A stretch of DNA of 64,000 nucleotides from Mytilus edulis (Eukaryota): contig NC_092355.1 of NCBI RefSeq assembly GCF_963676685.1, forward strand, positions 39,184,001 to 39,248,000. The letters are read 5' to 3'. Within the stretch, counting starts at the first letter, position 1; each line of letters begins with the position of its first letter. The position numbers were made by a program, and so were the translations under genes. Of this stretch, positions 40,143 to 54,525 are shown in pieces. The notes under the pieces were generated by a model. That model had not been told where the DNA came from. It ran no database searches and worked only from the letters and a program-made list of their open reading frames with translations.

Positions 40143-43100
40143 CGTCTAATTTTATTTCGCTTCAAGATTTAAATTCACGTATGTTCATTGTGTTATGACT
40201 TGAACATTATACATATTACTTTTTTCACGATCAAGTTTGACACATAAAAGGCTAAGCTGATCTGTAAAGTGCAAATTCCACATCATTATCCGTTCTTTTA
40301 TCAGAAGATTTATGTCAAGTTCCAAATCTGGCAGCGATTCATGAAGATTTGTTTTTATTCTGTTCCAATTTTAAGGCAATGGAACTTTCTACTTGAGGCA
40401 GTTACGTTTCTTTTGAAATTATTAGACTACAAAATGATCCCTAATGTGCAATTAAGTGTACTCAGTTGTTCAAATAGAATATCAGATCGTTTTTGTTGCA
40501 TGATTATATGCTAGTTCCTGCTTAGCAATTATTATCAAAAATATTATTGTAATTATCAATTATATCATGTATGTTATCATTTTCTAATAGGGACAGTATT
40601 GCAATCATCAACAAGAAGTTCCCGACTTCATTATATTGATATTGCGCTTCCTTGTTTTGTCAGCATTCATGCATGTTGGTTTTTACATCCTCTCTTAAAT
40701 ATCTCTACCTACTAGAATTATATGTCGTGACGTATTCAAAATTGTAAAACAATAAATTTATACTCAAATGCAATTATGTACACCAATTTGTTTAAACAGA
40801 ATATCAAAAACCTTTACTTTAGTGCTTGCATTGCAAATATTGGAAGGATGATTGATTTTTTAAAGTGTTCGCTATGTTTGTTTACGCCTATTGTATGTTA
40901 ACATACCGTTTCAATACTCTTTATATTTGACAAAATAATGAATATTAAATATTTATTATATGTACTCTTTGTAATATGTATCACAATTTTCAACTTTACG
41001 TAATATCTACTATTGACCTATTTAAAATGCACTTTTGAATATTTAACTTTTAACAAAATTGTTGAAATATATATATCAATATATCATCAATATATACTAT
41101 TATTACTACGATTATTGTGGTATTCATACTTTATAATGATGCAGTAAGATATATTGAAGAATATAATGCAAGAATTGCCATCTTTAAAATTAATGTTGAA
41201 AATCAATAAATGGTTAATTTCAAGGACAGGGCTATGTCATGCTACAGTGTTCTTTCTGAAATGTTATTCAAAGGGTTGAGCGTGTTAAAAAGTCAGACCC
41301 TTAATCGTATATAATAAAAAAAATATGTCGTGTAACTAAAGAGAAATTGTAATGCATATGTGGCACAAATGTCTAGACAGAAGGGTTTTGCTGACATTTG
41401 TTATACTTCAGAGAAGGGAGAATGTAGAGTTGTAACATCTATATGTTGAAGACAAAGTTTATATTTCAAATTCACTGCACTGAAGCAAATCAATCCACGC
41501 TTACTCATTCTAATGTGGTTATTACGAACCTTTTATCTGAACTACTTCTAAGAAACCTTATGTCAAATTTGATTTTTAAAATATCTAACAACGATGAACT
41601 TCATCTTCATTACGACTATTTTGATTGTTTTAATACTTCATTGATGGATCGACTGTGTAAAAGGTCTATATTCGGTTTGTTCAAGATAAGCATGTAACTT
41701 TATGACGTAAAACCAAATTAGCAGTAAACCACATTGGTCGTTGTTCTCACTTCAAATCAAATTGCAATCAAAATATTTTTCACTCTTTTTTATACTTTTA
41801 TCGTCATACGTGTTATTTTCATTTTTTGATATCATGTAGTGGTTTCAGTGAACAATTTTCTTAATTAATCATCTATTTCAGAACGAGTTGTGTTACTGAA
41901 ATGAACATTTTGAACTACTTATAATGTATTTGAGAAAGTGTGACAGGCTTGTGAGAGTCTGATCACATTGACAGCTAAATCAACAATTAAGTTGTAAAGT
42001 GTTAATTGCATATCAAGGTGTTGTTATTATCACGTTGTTATCCTTCGGAAAATGATAATGTATGAATTCCTCTCTTCTTCGTGAAATCTGATTTAAAAGT
42101 GTCAAATATTCAAATTTGCTACCGAAAGCTCATATCTGTAAACTGTAAAAGCTTCTCGTTAAATGGCAAATCAATAGTTTAAGCATACTAAACGAATAAA
42201 TAAAAAACTGTCATACTTTCGAGTTGGCACAGACGTTTCTTTAGCATATTTTAAATTATATCCAACCGAACCTCTTACTTATAAGATAGTAGCATACAAT
42301 TCCGTTATAATGATTGCAGTTGTACAGAACCTTTGTTCTCTTTTCCTAAATCAGAAATACGAACAGTTTACACCTTACAGTCATTAACCTCGAGCTCAAT
42401 ACCACCAACAGAATTAAAAAGTTTTATAATCTAAATTATAGAATTATAAACTTACTTTTTGTTATAACCATACTTTTATTGTCTGCACTTTGGTCATGTT
42501 GTTGTCTTTCTGACACATTCCCCATTTTCATTCTCAATTTTATTTCTTCATTCGCATTGATGCATAGTATTATAAAATCAATTCATACTAAACAAGCACA
42601 AATGTAATAACAATCTGTTTTCAATTTTGTTTAAATGGAACAAAAATAAGTTTAACTATAAATCAAAGTTCAGTACGATTGTTTTGTATTCCGTTACATT
42701 TTCAAGGTAATGGAACTCCCTTTTTAAATTATACGTATTGACGTATTTCAATATAGTAAATCAATTGAATGGTACTTAAATGCAATTGTGTATTCAAATT
42801 TGTTTATATAGGATATCAATAACTAGTATGTGTTATGCTTACATGGAGATAATTGCTCAATCGTTGAGTTCCGGAAAGTAGATTTATATTGTATTACGTC
42901 AAACGATTGTTTACATGCGTTTTCAAATTTGCATTTTTGGGAAGTGGAATGAATAATATTTATTCATCATATGAATTCTTCTATAAAGATGTTCTTTTCA
43001 CCCTTTTTTTTATTATTGAAAATGCACTCTAAGAAATTGTTTTGAAACATATGTTGAGGTCTGGATTAAGTAAATAGAATAAAGAATAACGGACAAAAAG

Positions 43101-44040
43101 GGTTAAAAAAGGGCAAAATTAAAGAATTAAGAACAATAGGTAAGAAAAATTTAAGAGTATTGAATAATTGATTTATTAAAAAAATACAGAAAAAAAAGCA
43201 ACCACATGGAGACATTGTTTTTTTTTTCATATAAGGTTATTAGGCGGGACTTTTTTCAATACACGGTTAGTAGTGATGTGACATCCCTTTTTAAAAACAA
43301 CACGGTGTTGATGAAGAAGGGTTGAAATAAATTCATAAAACACATTTAAATTAAAGAAATTGTATTGTTGGCATTTGTTTTTATATAGTCCAACGGAAGA
43401 AGGTTCTTAATACTAAGTAGTGAGGACTTAATCAAATTGATAGGCCACTAGTCTATGCACCACATGTTAAGATAGCCGTTAAGATACATTCGTTACACAG
43501 TGTGCCAATGGCCTAATACGATATGTATGCTTCACTCTCATCCCATACGGAACTTACTGAACCGATATCTATCGTATTAGGTTATGAAAACACTGTGTTA
43601 CTATTAATACCAAGAGTTAATATGAAAATACAAATATAAGGTATTATATTGCAAACGAGACACCTCTTCATAAGAGACAAATTGACATAGAAAACAACAA
43701 ATAAAGGTAACCATACGACGACTTTCAACAATGAGCCAAACCCATTTTGCATAGTCAGCTATAAAAGGCATCGAAATGACAAATGTAAAACAAGACATGA
43801 ATTTGTATAGCTGTATGTCAAACATTACCTGTTAATATACTACTGACACAGAGACATGTTTTACATATATAAAAAATGAACTTATTAGCAGTCTACGATT
43901 TTTATGTCGGAAGTTTTAATTATATATTTGCTTCCGTATAAGTATCCAATTCCCCATGACACTAGGTTTGATGACACGAGTTTTAACAATTAATAAAGTT
44001 TTATATGCGGACATTACTGTCAAACCGATAATTAAACAGA

Positions 44041-44140
44041 ATGGATTTTGCCAATTAATGTTTTTTTACATTGAGGCTAACAGCTGAGCAGGATGGAATT
44101 GTATGGCCAATTAATGTGTATTCTACATTGAGGCTAACAG
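44041..44140 (+). repeat. Two-copy ~57-bp tandem duplication
   Basis: GCCAATTAATGT..TACATTGAGGCTAACAG occurs twice. Confidence 0.8.
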
Positions 44141-44320
44141 TAAATCAAATTAGTACTGATTCCTTTCTCATTTTCAATCTGAACTATTTTTTTACATTTT
44201 TTTGTTTAATCGTCATATACTTTATCATCGAGCTTATTTGGTTTCAGCTGACGCTATGTATCATCTATATATATTGTTTATTTTCTGATTCGCCATTTAG
44301 ATCTACTATTGATATGAGCA

Positions 44321-44982
44321 TAATTCGTCGTTTCAGAATCTTATGCATTCTGGGTAATATTTCCAAAAGAGTACACCAAAACACCGTGATAGTTTAAAAA
44401 TGTCATCAACAATGAAAATTCATCCACTGACGTGACGTTATTTTCATTTTGGAGTACGCACAATGGGCCATTCCAGTTAATATCTGCTAAAGGGGGATGG
44501 ATGGTCCTTTCTGAGGGTGTAAAATTTATACATCTTAGAGGTAGAATTTTGGGTTTATTCATCTGATACGTACACTTATACGCAAAAATTCCTGAGGGTC
44601 TTGCAGTAGTAAATTATAAAAAATAATTACATCTTAGGGGTTACAAAAAAATACCTATTTCAGATCTTAGGGGTGCTTTGGAATGTAGACAGTTTCGTAT
44701 CATGCATATCTGGTATTGTATTTAAAATTCTGATGGGTACAATCCTTGCAGTAAAACATTCTGATAGGTAATTTTTTCCCATGAAAGCCCATCCATCCAA
44801 TATGAACAGAAACTCTACATCTGATAGGTCTTAATTTATAGATCTGATAGGTAGTTTTTCGTGATTTTTTTTTCTGATAGGTATGAATAAAAATCTCCCC
44901 ATCCATCCCCACCTGTCAGAAATTAACTGGAATGGCCCAATGAAATTACCCATTGTTCTTCAGATTCTGAAACGCCCAATTG
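44321..44982. mobile_element. Outer MITE (CGTTTCAGAATC TIR) containing a nested MITE
   Basis: AATTCGTCGTTTCAGAATC..TGGGTAAT is mirrored by ATTACCCA..GATTCTGAAACGCCCAATT. Confidence 0.7.
44465..44938. mobile_element. MITE with GGGCCATTCCAGTTAAT TIRs and 3-bp AAT TSD
   Basis: Perfect 17-bp TIR extended by GGGGATGGATGG/CCATCCATCCCC; AAT on both sides; internal CTGAGGG and CTGATAGG repeats. Confidence 0.85.
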
Positions 44983-45589
44983 TAAAATATTAAACATTTT
45001 ATAAAAATTGTTATGAGGTTTACCTTACATAGACATTATACAATAAACAAATCCACAAGGCATCTAGCAAACATTATAAAAAAAAAGTTGGTTTCATAAG
45101 AATATTTTAGTTTACCTCCAATTCATGATTTAGTACATATCTTGTACATATAACAAAAAGAATAAGTATTTTAAAGCGTTAAAAAAAACTTGGATATATC
45201 TTCATAATTGAAATTAGGAACAGGTATTTCTTAATTTCTTTAGAATTTCTAAATTCAAATATTTCTGTAGAACTCTTAACATGTTTAATTCTAATTAGAC
45301 ATCCTTCTTGAGAAACTAGTCACTCAAACTATGCAATGTAATGACATGCAATAGTAAGCTGGTTTATAGTTTGATTAATGGTGATACATTGCTTCACTAT
45401 TAACACCATCTCATTGTACATTTTATTTGACGCATACACTAACATTTAACGTTACCGTATTTTCTGTTTCAATCAAATTGGTGCTTTATATTGTTAAATG
45501 GTCCTGGTAATCAATATCAGGATTTATAGATATTAAGCAACCATCCTTTTTCGTGTTAAGTGAGAAAATTAAAAATAAATTAGCCTTGG

Positions 45590-45660
45590 GCATCACTGAT
45601 GAGACAATTAATGTTGGAATACAAATCTTTTACAATAAAATTGATTCCGTTAATGTTATG
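45590..45660 (+). repeat. Retrozyme fragment with decayed hammerhead
   Basis: GCATCA CTGATGA GAC AATTAAT GTT GGAA...TC; the first core is intact, but GAAA and stem I are lost. Confidence 0.55.
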
Positions 45661-47899
45661 AATGAATGAATGAGGTGAGATTTCTAGCTAGTTATAAACT
45701 CACCATTTTCGACATGAGAAAATGCCAGTACAAAGTCAGGAATATTACAATTATTATTCATTTATTTGCGGTGTTAATTTTATAATTTGTTTAGGGACAT
45801 TCCGTTTTGGATCTATCTTGGAGTTCGATATTTATGTTATTTTACTTGGAATAAATTTGGTGTGTCTAAAGAAGTTACAGCATCCCCAGAAACCGATCAT
45901 ATACTTTAAAAAGAAGGCGCACCACCAAAGCAACCATATATGTAGGCCGTACAAGGTCAATCTATTAACCAGATATATAAAGCTCCATACAGTTGGATTT
46001 TTGCATCCCCTTAATCTGCCTCTGTAAAGAAAATCGATGCATAACCAGGTATGCATAACACCTAGACACCTGCCCATTTTGACCAACATTTAAAAAAATC
46101 CTCTACGTTCAATTTTGCCCGAGGGAATAAAAACAACGCTTTTTATCAGATTCAACATATACCAAACGTCAATAATTGAATGTATACTAAAATATTATGA
46201 TTTGGCTACAAATATTGAATTCGAACAAATCCATTTTGCAGTCTAGTGTAAATGAAAATCCCTTAAAACACAAGAAAAGCAAAGCATTTTTCGAATTTAC
46301 ATAAACCTTGAACTTTTGTTCTTATTTATTGTTTTGCCAGACAAAATGATCATATAATGATTTAGTAAAAGTCCTTATTTTGGTATCATACTAATTAATG
46401 TGACATTAGCTTTTTTTCTAAATATTCTTCGTGTATTTATCGAGGATATGTCTGGGAAGATTTTTATAAATGTTGAATATGTATTGTAAACCAATAAACG
46501 TGATAAACGTAAAAAGAGTGGATTAAAACATTTAATGACAATTTTACAATAGAAGATAGAAATTACATTTTTTTTTAAATCCCTTCTTTGCTTTTTCAAT
46601 AATATATAAATATGTAAATCAGATATATAAACATTGACTGAACTGCAGATATAAAAAAAAAATCTTTTTGAATTATACTATTTGCAAACTACTGACTACT
46701 TATGTAACATAACCTTTTTTTTAAAGCATTCGTCTTTCTCTATTAAACAACTTAGACGAAAATATTAGTAGCTAATATAAACATGAACCAAGTTTTTTCG
46801 ACAGGCAATGATAGCCAAATCCAAAAGAATGTGAACAGAGTCACTGGCTTGTGAGTGGAGGTTACTTCAATGAATACTAGTATTCACTATACATACCGTC
46901 GACTAGTTGATAGCAAAATTCCAGAAACATAATTATAGCTTTATTGTTCGTTTACTAAACAAAAGCACATGATGTTATTTATTTATTTGAATTTTATAGA
47001 AATCACTAATCAACATCAACCAACTAGACTCTTTATTGTTTCTACCATCGGTATCTAATATACCTGGCTGGAAAAAAATCAACGTTTGGGTTCTCAATGA
47101 CGAAGGTGGGTTCATGACAATAGGTTAAAAAATTATTCAAATATTTGATCCGTAGATATGTTTCAATTTTCTTATCAATAGTCATGACCTCTTTTTTGTC
47201 GAATTTTTGCTAGCTTACAATCCTAGGCACTTATGCCGCCGCTCAAATTTGTTGGACTAGTTTCTAAGCCTTTGAGTCTCTTATGTTTTATAGAATGGCT
47301 GTCCTGTCGGGTACTGTTAGTATTTCTTGAACTTCGTTTTTTGAGTGTTACCTTCAGATCTTCAGCGTTTTTGTTTTATTCTATTAATTTTGAATTTGCC
47401 GAACAGATTTTCTGAAGTTGTTTTATGTGCAGTATAATTGTAATAAGAGTGTAATTTACTAAAACAAATACATAGAAATTGAAATTATAGTACTGAAAGC
47501 GTTTTTCGTATTTCATCATTATTTAGGCCAATAAAGGTTACGTACGACGAATTTTTTTATTGACACAGGAATAACTATTGTTTTCCCTTTAGGAATATAC
47601 GAGTAAAGTGCGAGCTTTTGGATTGGCTCCTTTGGTATCGTCCCTTCCATAAATCAATTATTTTGTTTTCTTATCCCGGCTGATGGTTATCTTAAGGGTA
47701 ATGAATTAGCTTATACATGTTCAGTTCGAAAGTTACCAGGTAGTACAATTTGCCGCATTTGTTATCAGCATGAAAGCATCAAATAACAAATTGGTCGTAT
47801 AGTTTAAGATGTAATCTTTTAAAGGCATTCCGTTTGCTTAATTTGCATGCGAGGCAAACTATGTATATGCATAGTAAAATGACAGTTAATCTTACTATT

Positions 47900-50620
47900 T
47901 CAACTTCCATGCGGTAACATGCCGTTACATCCTCTATCCTGAATGAAACGCCTATGCATTTTTATGTCACATTAACATAAAGGTTACAAGGACATTGTAT
48001 CAAAGTGTGAATGGGAAATTACCATCAAAGCCACAATTTCGTTTTTCATTTATACGTATAAAGATAACTTTCTTAGAAAAATAATTATTAAACAAATTAA
48101 TAATTTATCCTTATCTGTCAGACATTCGGACGTATACAAAATGATTGTTCGTTGTTTATTTGATCAATTAATATATCAAGACATTACGAAATAATTGACA
48201 TTTACAATAACAATGAAATCTAATAATTTACAATGACGCAATTTCCTTATTGATTTGTGCACGTTCAGCTTTGTTCTTTAATCCTTTATAAATTATAACA
48301 TAATGAGTCATATATAAAAAAAAAATGAACCAAACAATTTTCAATTCTTTGTATTAGATGTAGGCTTCAGATATCTGAAAGGCGTCAATATCTGGTTTCC
48401 ATAGAACTATTAAAGAAACATTTTATCTTTTTTTCCCTTTTCATCAAAGAGCAAATAATTTTGATAAAACAGGAAAAGTGTCATTGAAAATTTTCCATAT
48501 GCAGAGACACTTTCATAAGATGTTTTGTCGTTATGGCTTAGGAATAAAATCTGAATTACATCTATTTTTCTGTGACTACATTTATTTGTTATCACTGGTT
48601 TTGTAAAGCAATATCTATTGCTGAACTATCTTGTATATTTTCTGATTTAAATATTAAAATCTTAACGTTTTGCTGATAAATCATAACACTTCTATGTAAA
48701 TATATGTTTTGCCACAACACATTTAGGTCAGTGTTGTATATGGCAAATCTAAACCGATCAACTGTATCAATTAAGTATGTAATATGCTCGTCAAAATGTG
48801 TGCATACTTCAAATTGCCAACACCTATCCGATTAATGAGCAGTGATCAGATTTTCTTTTACGTTTATTGAAAATGCTTTAAATTTTAAGGGAATTTTTAT
48901 AGATAACGTTTTCCCGTTTTAAATGAAAGCGTATATATTGACATTAAAAGTATTTGAATATTACAACAAAAAACATTGAGACACACCATTCAATGTTTCT
49001 TATCTGATCAAAAAGTACAAGGTTTAAAATTACATGTCATGAAGAAACATTGCAAAGTAATTCCCCGCTGCAGATTCTAAAGGATTATGGTTAATTGTCA
49101 TTGCTCATGCTTAAAAATAAATTCAACATTACACTAATTGTTAGTTGTCTATAGTTTATAAACTTTTTAAAAGTGCACGGGTTTTAAATTTTACAAAGAT
49201 TAAATAGTAGATTCATTGAAAAGATAAATTATATGCAGTTTTGTAAAACTGTTATACAGTTTGCACAGGTATATAGTCTATCAGCAGCCAGTTCCGTGCT
49301 GTGACAAACACTATCTTGGAACTCCCTCGTAATGGTATGTCATCTCATAAAGATTACAAAGAGAATTTATCAAATAATTTGATAAAAAATAAGATCAAAT
49401 AACCTTTAAGGTCACAAGTCAGATAACTTTTCTCTAGTTGTCGGAAAATACTAATTCACCCTCTTCTGAAAGTTATTTGATTGCATTCAAAGTGAGGGTT
49501 CCTTGTTTTTATTTTTAATTCAAAACTACCACTTAGAACGCCAATACAATTTAATAATGTATGACCATGATGCAATATTCTTATTGATTTTTGTACTTTC
49601 AGAGGTTTGTTTAAATACTTCATCTGTTGTTACATAATGAGTCATATATGAATAATTTACAACACAAGTCTTCAAATATTTATTACCACAGAACATTAGG
49701 TTAATAGGACATACATACATATGACATCCAAGTGTTTACATCCAAGATAATAACTAGAAGTACATCTATTTTCTTCTGGAAATTGAAATAGTGAGAAATG
49801 AAAATCAACTATAAGTATAGAAATTTGGAAAAAATGTGGAGGAAATTCTTATTAATGAGTAAATTGTTCTGTGTAAACTTAACCAAGATGTGTTCATTAA
49901 GAAAGTTCCATAACTGTTGAGTACACTTTAAACACTAAAATTTTCAATAAAAGAACTGCAACAACATACGGTTTTTGAATATTTATTTTTACTCCAAAAA
50001 ATGTTGAAATTTAGATGGTGACAGTTTTTCAATGTATTTTCAAAGTAAACACCGAGTTCAAAACGCATACCATTGTCGCCTATGTAAATAATAAAATCCA
50101 TTGTGATCATTATGTAATGACTGAGACAGTGTTGAATACTGGTATTTGACAAATCTTAATTGATCAACTACTTCAAATAAGTATAAGATATACTCGTGAA
50201 ATGTGCATATACGTCAATGTATCGAACAATTTAAGATTAATCGACAGTGCTAAGAGTTTCCGCAACATTAATTTAAAATGGTTGACAAATACTTTTAAAG
50301 TTTCAAAGGGGATTTTGTTAGATAACATTTCCCGGTGAAGGAGAAAAAGTTTTATATTTTGACATTATTGAAATAAATGTATACAAATATTACAGGTATA
50401 ATTTGATTGTTTCTTATCTGATCAGAGATAACCATCAGGTTTACAATTACATGCCATGGAGATACATTACAACGTACTTCACCATTTCAGATTCTAAATG
50501 ATTATGGTTAGTTCCATTGTTCATGCTTCAAAATAAATACGTCGTTTTATTAGTAGGTCAATGAATATTGTGTAAGACCTTCTCAATAAGTGCACGCTGT
50601 TTAAATTGTTATCTAACATA
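47900..50620 (+). repeat. Old two-copy tandem duplication, ~1.35-1.4-kb period
   Basis: Anchors ACATAATGAGTCATATAT (48298/49632), GATCAACT (48756/50162), TGTTTCTTATCTGATCA (48994/50408), CAGATTCTAAA.GATTATGGTTA (49071/50488), AAGTGCACG (49171/50588). Confidence 0.85.
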
Positions 50621-51145
50621 GAATAAATATAAAAGATATCGAGCGAACCCAAAATTGTCTGTTATTTATTCAATTCGGAGAATATAAACAAATCTTTAAA
50701 AACTAGTTAGCCTCTATACTAATTTGTATATTGTGTTTATGAATATTTTGTTATTCTACTGAATAATATCAAACGAGGAAGTTTCAACAACGTAAAAACG
50801 ATAACAACTACAACATGGTCATTAATCAGGAGCATCATCAACGGTCGTTCCACGGCTAAATATTTTTGTCGTTTGAATTATTTTCAAGAAATATACACAG
50901 TACTAAACACCTTCGACGCTTGGCTGCTAAGTTACGATATTGAGAAAGTGCTTATGTAAAACACGTAAAGGTGTAAGGTTTGTTATACATTCACACTGTT
51001 GTTTTGTTCAACAATCCTTTAAGTATTTTATGTATGGTCGATTTAGAAAATTAACATGATCATTTACAGAGATATGCGATGTAATAACACACATATATCG
51101 TCGGCCAACATTCATTTGATCTCAATCAATAGAATAACAAAAAAT

Positions 51146-51496
51146 ATAAAAAAAGAAGATGTGGTATGATTGCCAATGAGACAACTGTCCACAAGAGACC
51201 AAAATGACACAGATATCAACAACTATAGGTCACTGCACGGCCTTCAACAATGAGCAAAGCTCATACCGCATAGTCAGCTATAAAAGGCCCCGATAAGACC
51301 ATGTAAAACATTTCAAACGAGAAAACTAACGGCCTTAATTATATAAAAAAAAATTAACGAAAAACAAATATGTAACACATAAACAAACGACAACCACTGA
51401 ATTACAGGCTCCTGACTTGGGACAGGCACATACTTAAATAATGTGGCAGGGATAAACATGTTAGCGGGATCCCAACCCTCCCCCTAACCTGGGACA
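51146..51496 (+). repeat. Interspersed repeat family A
   Basis: Colinear with 4083-4416. Confidence 0.85.
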
Positions 51497-53412
51497 AAAA
51501 ACTTCATTAACATGAAATACAAATGTGAACAGACTTCAATTTAACCTATGATCTTTTATAATCTCTGTTCAGTTTATGACTCACATTTTATGATCAACCC
51601 CTAATGTAAAGACACAATCCAATTGTCGATAATCTCATTTATATGTTGGATTCTTGATTACTAATTATTGCATAATTCAAAGTGTATCGCAGTTGCAGTT
51701 CTTATCAATGCTTGAGAGTAAAGACTCCAAATTACATCCACCTAATTTCTTCTTAGTCGCATAAATTTTTGCAAACTCTCTAATGGTCAACCGTTTCCTC
51801 TATACTTAAAAACAAATTGAAAGTTCGATTTCCCCGTTTTTTGTTTTTTTTTTTAATTTAAATTGCAGATAATAGCAACCATAGCTAGCATAACAAATGT
51901 AATCATTACAGATGTGCATTACATGTTTGAACGCTGGACATTGCAGAATATGCAAAATATGTAAAGAAATAGGTAAAAGTACGGCCATCAACGTGGATCC
52001 TTGGTTTCACTTCTATCTCTGATTTATAATCAATGATAGTATCAATGTCACAGTAACTTTGGACGACAGTAAACCTCGTAAATTAAAGACTCCTTCATGT
52101 GTACTTCAATCCTCTCCTCTTAAAATACTTTAGTATTGCATTACTGCCAAGGCAGAAGTTTGCAGTAAATTCACACCTTAAAAAATATTTTCAACAACTA
52201 TTTGATATTTTTCAATGTGGGCGATCTAGAAAATTAATTATGATTATATAATTATGCAAAGGTGTGCGATGTAATAAATCTGCCAGGTGTAACTATAAGA
52301 GTAACCAGGTACAATCATGGCATTGCATAATATGGTAATAAGAATTGTAACATGAAGACCATTTTTCATTATGACAAATGACATTTTCACTGACCGAGCA
52401 TAAAATGCATGTATAGAAAGGATGCTGGGTAATCACGATATACGTTTATCTATTAAATGCAGTCATGTTTGAACGAATAAGAATTACATTTTGTAACTAT
52501 ATATAAATACTTTTTTTTTCTTTTTGTAATTGTTTGCTTGATAAATTCAAGGGTGGTAAAGTCCAAAATGTATTCTGCGCTTTTGTTTTGAATTCCATTC
52601 ATTTAAACATTTCTTATAAAATAAATTATCTCCGATTTGTTTTTGACGATTGGCAACATATATGCCCAGATAGGGATAAGCTTGTGGTTATGTTTCATGC
52701 CATAAACGTTTTCGTTAATTTGAAAATAGCATCATTGATCTGGATTCTTTTTCTAGATACGGGACGACTAATAGCAAGATATATTACAAAGACACCTGAA
52801 TTACATGAAATGCATGTGAACATCTCTTTAATTACATCGATATAATTAGTCTTACTCTAGATTGCGATCATATACCACGTTTATTAACATGTGAAAGAAT
52901 TGCTTATATGATGCGTATAATGAGAGATCAACACACCACAAATTGTTTCAAGTATTCAAAAAGAAAATCTTTTAATATAATAAGTTCGAAACGTCGATGT
53001 GCGATGATGCTTAAAATTGGTCTAATTAATATATGTTTTCAAATTTTAACAACTCACACGATTAAAATTGTACAAAATAAAACATCAAAATATTTTAGTT
53101 TATTTTATATATTTCGGAGTTTAGTATAAAGTCCATTATAACTCGGATCCAGGTACGAGATTTTCCCGTTGTTTTCCGCTATTTGGTTGAGTTGGTGTCT
53201 CTTTTACACATTCCCCAATTCCATGCTCAATTTTATATAAGATGACAGTAATGTGCAACAATAATCATTCATAATACTTATGATATCAGTTTAACAGAAA
53301 CAGATCAAGTAACAGTACATTTAACGCTGCAGAATATCTGTTTTCCGTGATAGCAAGCACCAACATACTGATCCTGCAAGTCTATGCCTTACAAAACAGC
53401 TATATTACGTAA

Positions 53413-53610
53413 AATAGGGACGAAAGATACCAGAAGGACAGTCAAACTCATAAATCGAAAATAGACTGACTACGCCATGGCTAAAAATGAAAAAGACAAA
53501 CAGACAAACAATAGTACACATGACATAACATAGAAAAACTAAAGAATAAGCAACACGAATCCCACTAAAAACTAGGGGTGATCTCAGGTGCTCTGGAAGG
53601 GTAATCAGAC
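53413..53610 (-). mobile_element. Penelope-like element 3' tail fragment
   Basis: Reverse complement of ~14770-14965. Confidence 0.85.
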
Positions 53611-54246
53611 GTAAACGATTTCTATAGCAATGTCATGAACAGTGCAGATAGACACAAAAATACTGTAAAACATCGACTAGGAAGGATGAACAGTAGAAAG
53701 AGTAAGATGCATTTAACAGCGATACTATACCTACCTGACTGATTAAACGTTAAACAAACGTTAACGCTGTAGTTACAGTTATCGTTCCGGTCTAGAATAA
53801 TTTAGTAAAATAATGACGGCCTTTTATAACTACAGATCCTTGCTGAAAACATTGAATTAAAAATGACTTTTAACCATACAAAAAAAAATTATAAGACATA
53901 AGGAAAAATTTATTGCATTTAAATGTTAAAGTGCCATAGCTCTTATACATCAGCACTTCACAGTTCTGTTGGCAGTATTTTATACTAGTGTTATAGCTTT
54001 ATAAAGGCTTCGTATATATGTTTCTCCTTTCCTCGAAACTTTGAGGTTTTTTTAAGCTTTTAATGATTGCATGTTTTCGTTCATTATATTTTAATGATTC
54101 TTTTTCAAACAATTGGTGTTTCCTTTATTTCACATTATGGGTTTATGTTTTTCCTATAGCTAAATTTTCGTTTTAAGAGTCGTATAAGTACTGTTTGTTT
54201 AGATAACAATTTACTTTAGTCCCTGATGAACTGTGTTTTCACTTAA

Positions 54247-54525
54247 GGTGGTACCCAACACTTTCACTAAAATTAATTTGGCTCGTTTAATTTTCATAAA
54301 ATTTTGTCAAAGTATTTACTTTGACCCTTTAACAAAAATACATGTATAAAAATTTTGAAAATTTTGAACCAACCGTTTTGTCAGAAAAATTACACTGGTT
54401 ATATAGCAGTTTGACAAACACCAATTTTGATCATTGAGAAGCTTAATATTCCCTTTACAACACAACGTAATTAAAATGTTAAGCTGACTTTACAGAGTTA
54501 TCTCCCTGTAGTGTTGGGTACCACC
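54247..54525. mobile_element. MITE with perfect 16-bp TIR and TTAA TSD (Kolobok-like)
   Basis: TTAA GGTGGTACCCAACACT ... AGTGTTGGGTACCACC TTAA; absent from the paralogs at ~56257 and ~58331. Confidence 0.9.

Larger units (their letters stand above)
19800..42000 (+). repeat. Tandem segmental duplication units 3 (~19800-31800) and 4 (~31800-42000)
   Basis: Colinear anchors: 22700/32293, 23845/33357, 25600/36790, 26210/38003, 27884/39174, 28522/40266, 29845/41372, 30171/41721; each unit carries its own private TE insertions. A third partial copy lies at ~42600-43030. Confidence 0.9.
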
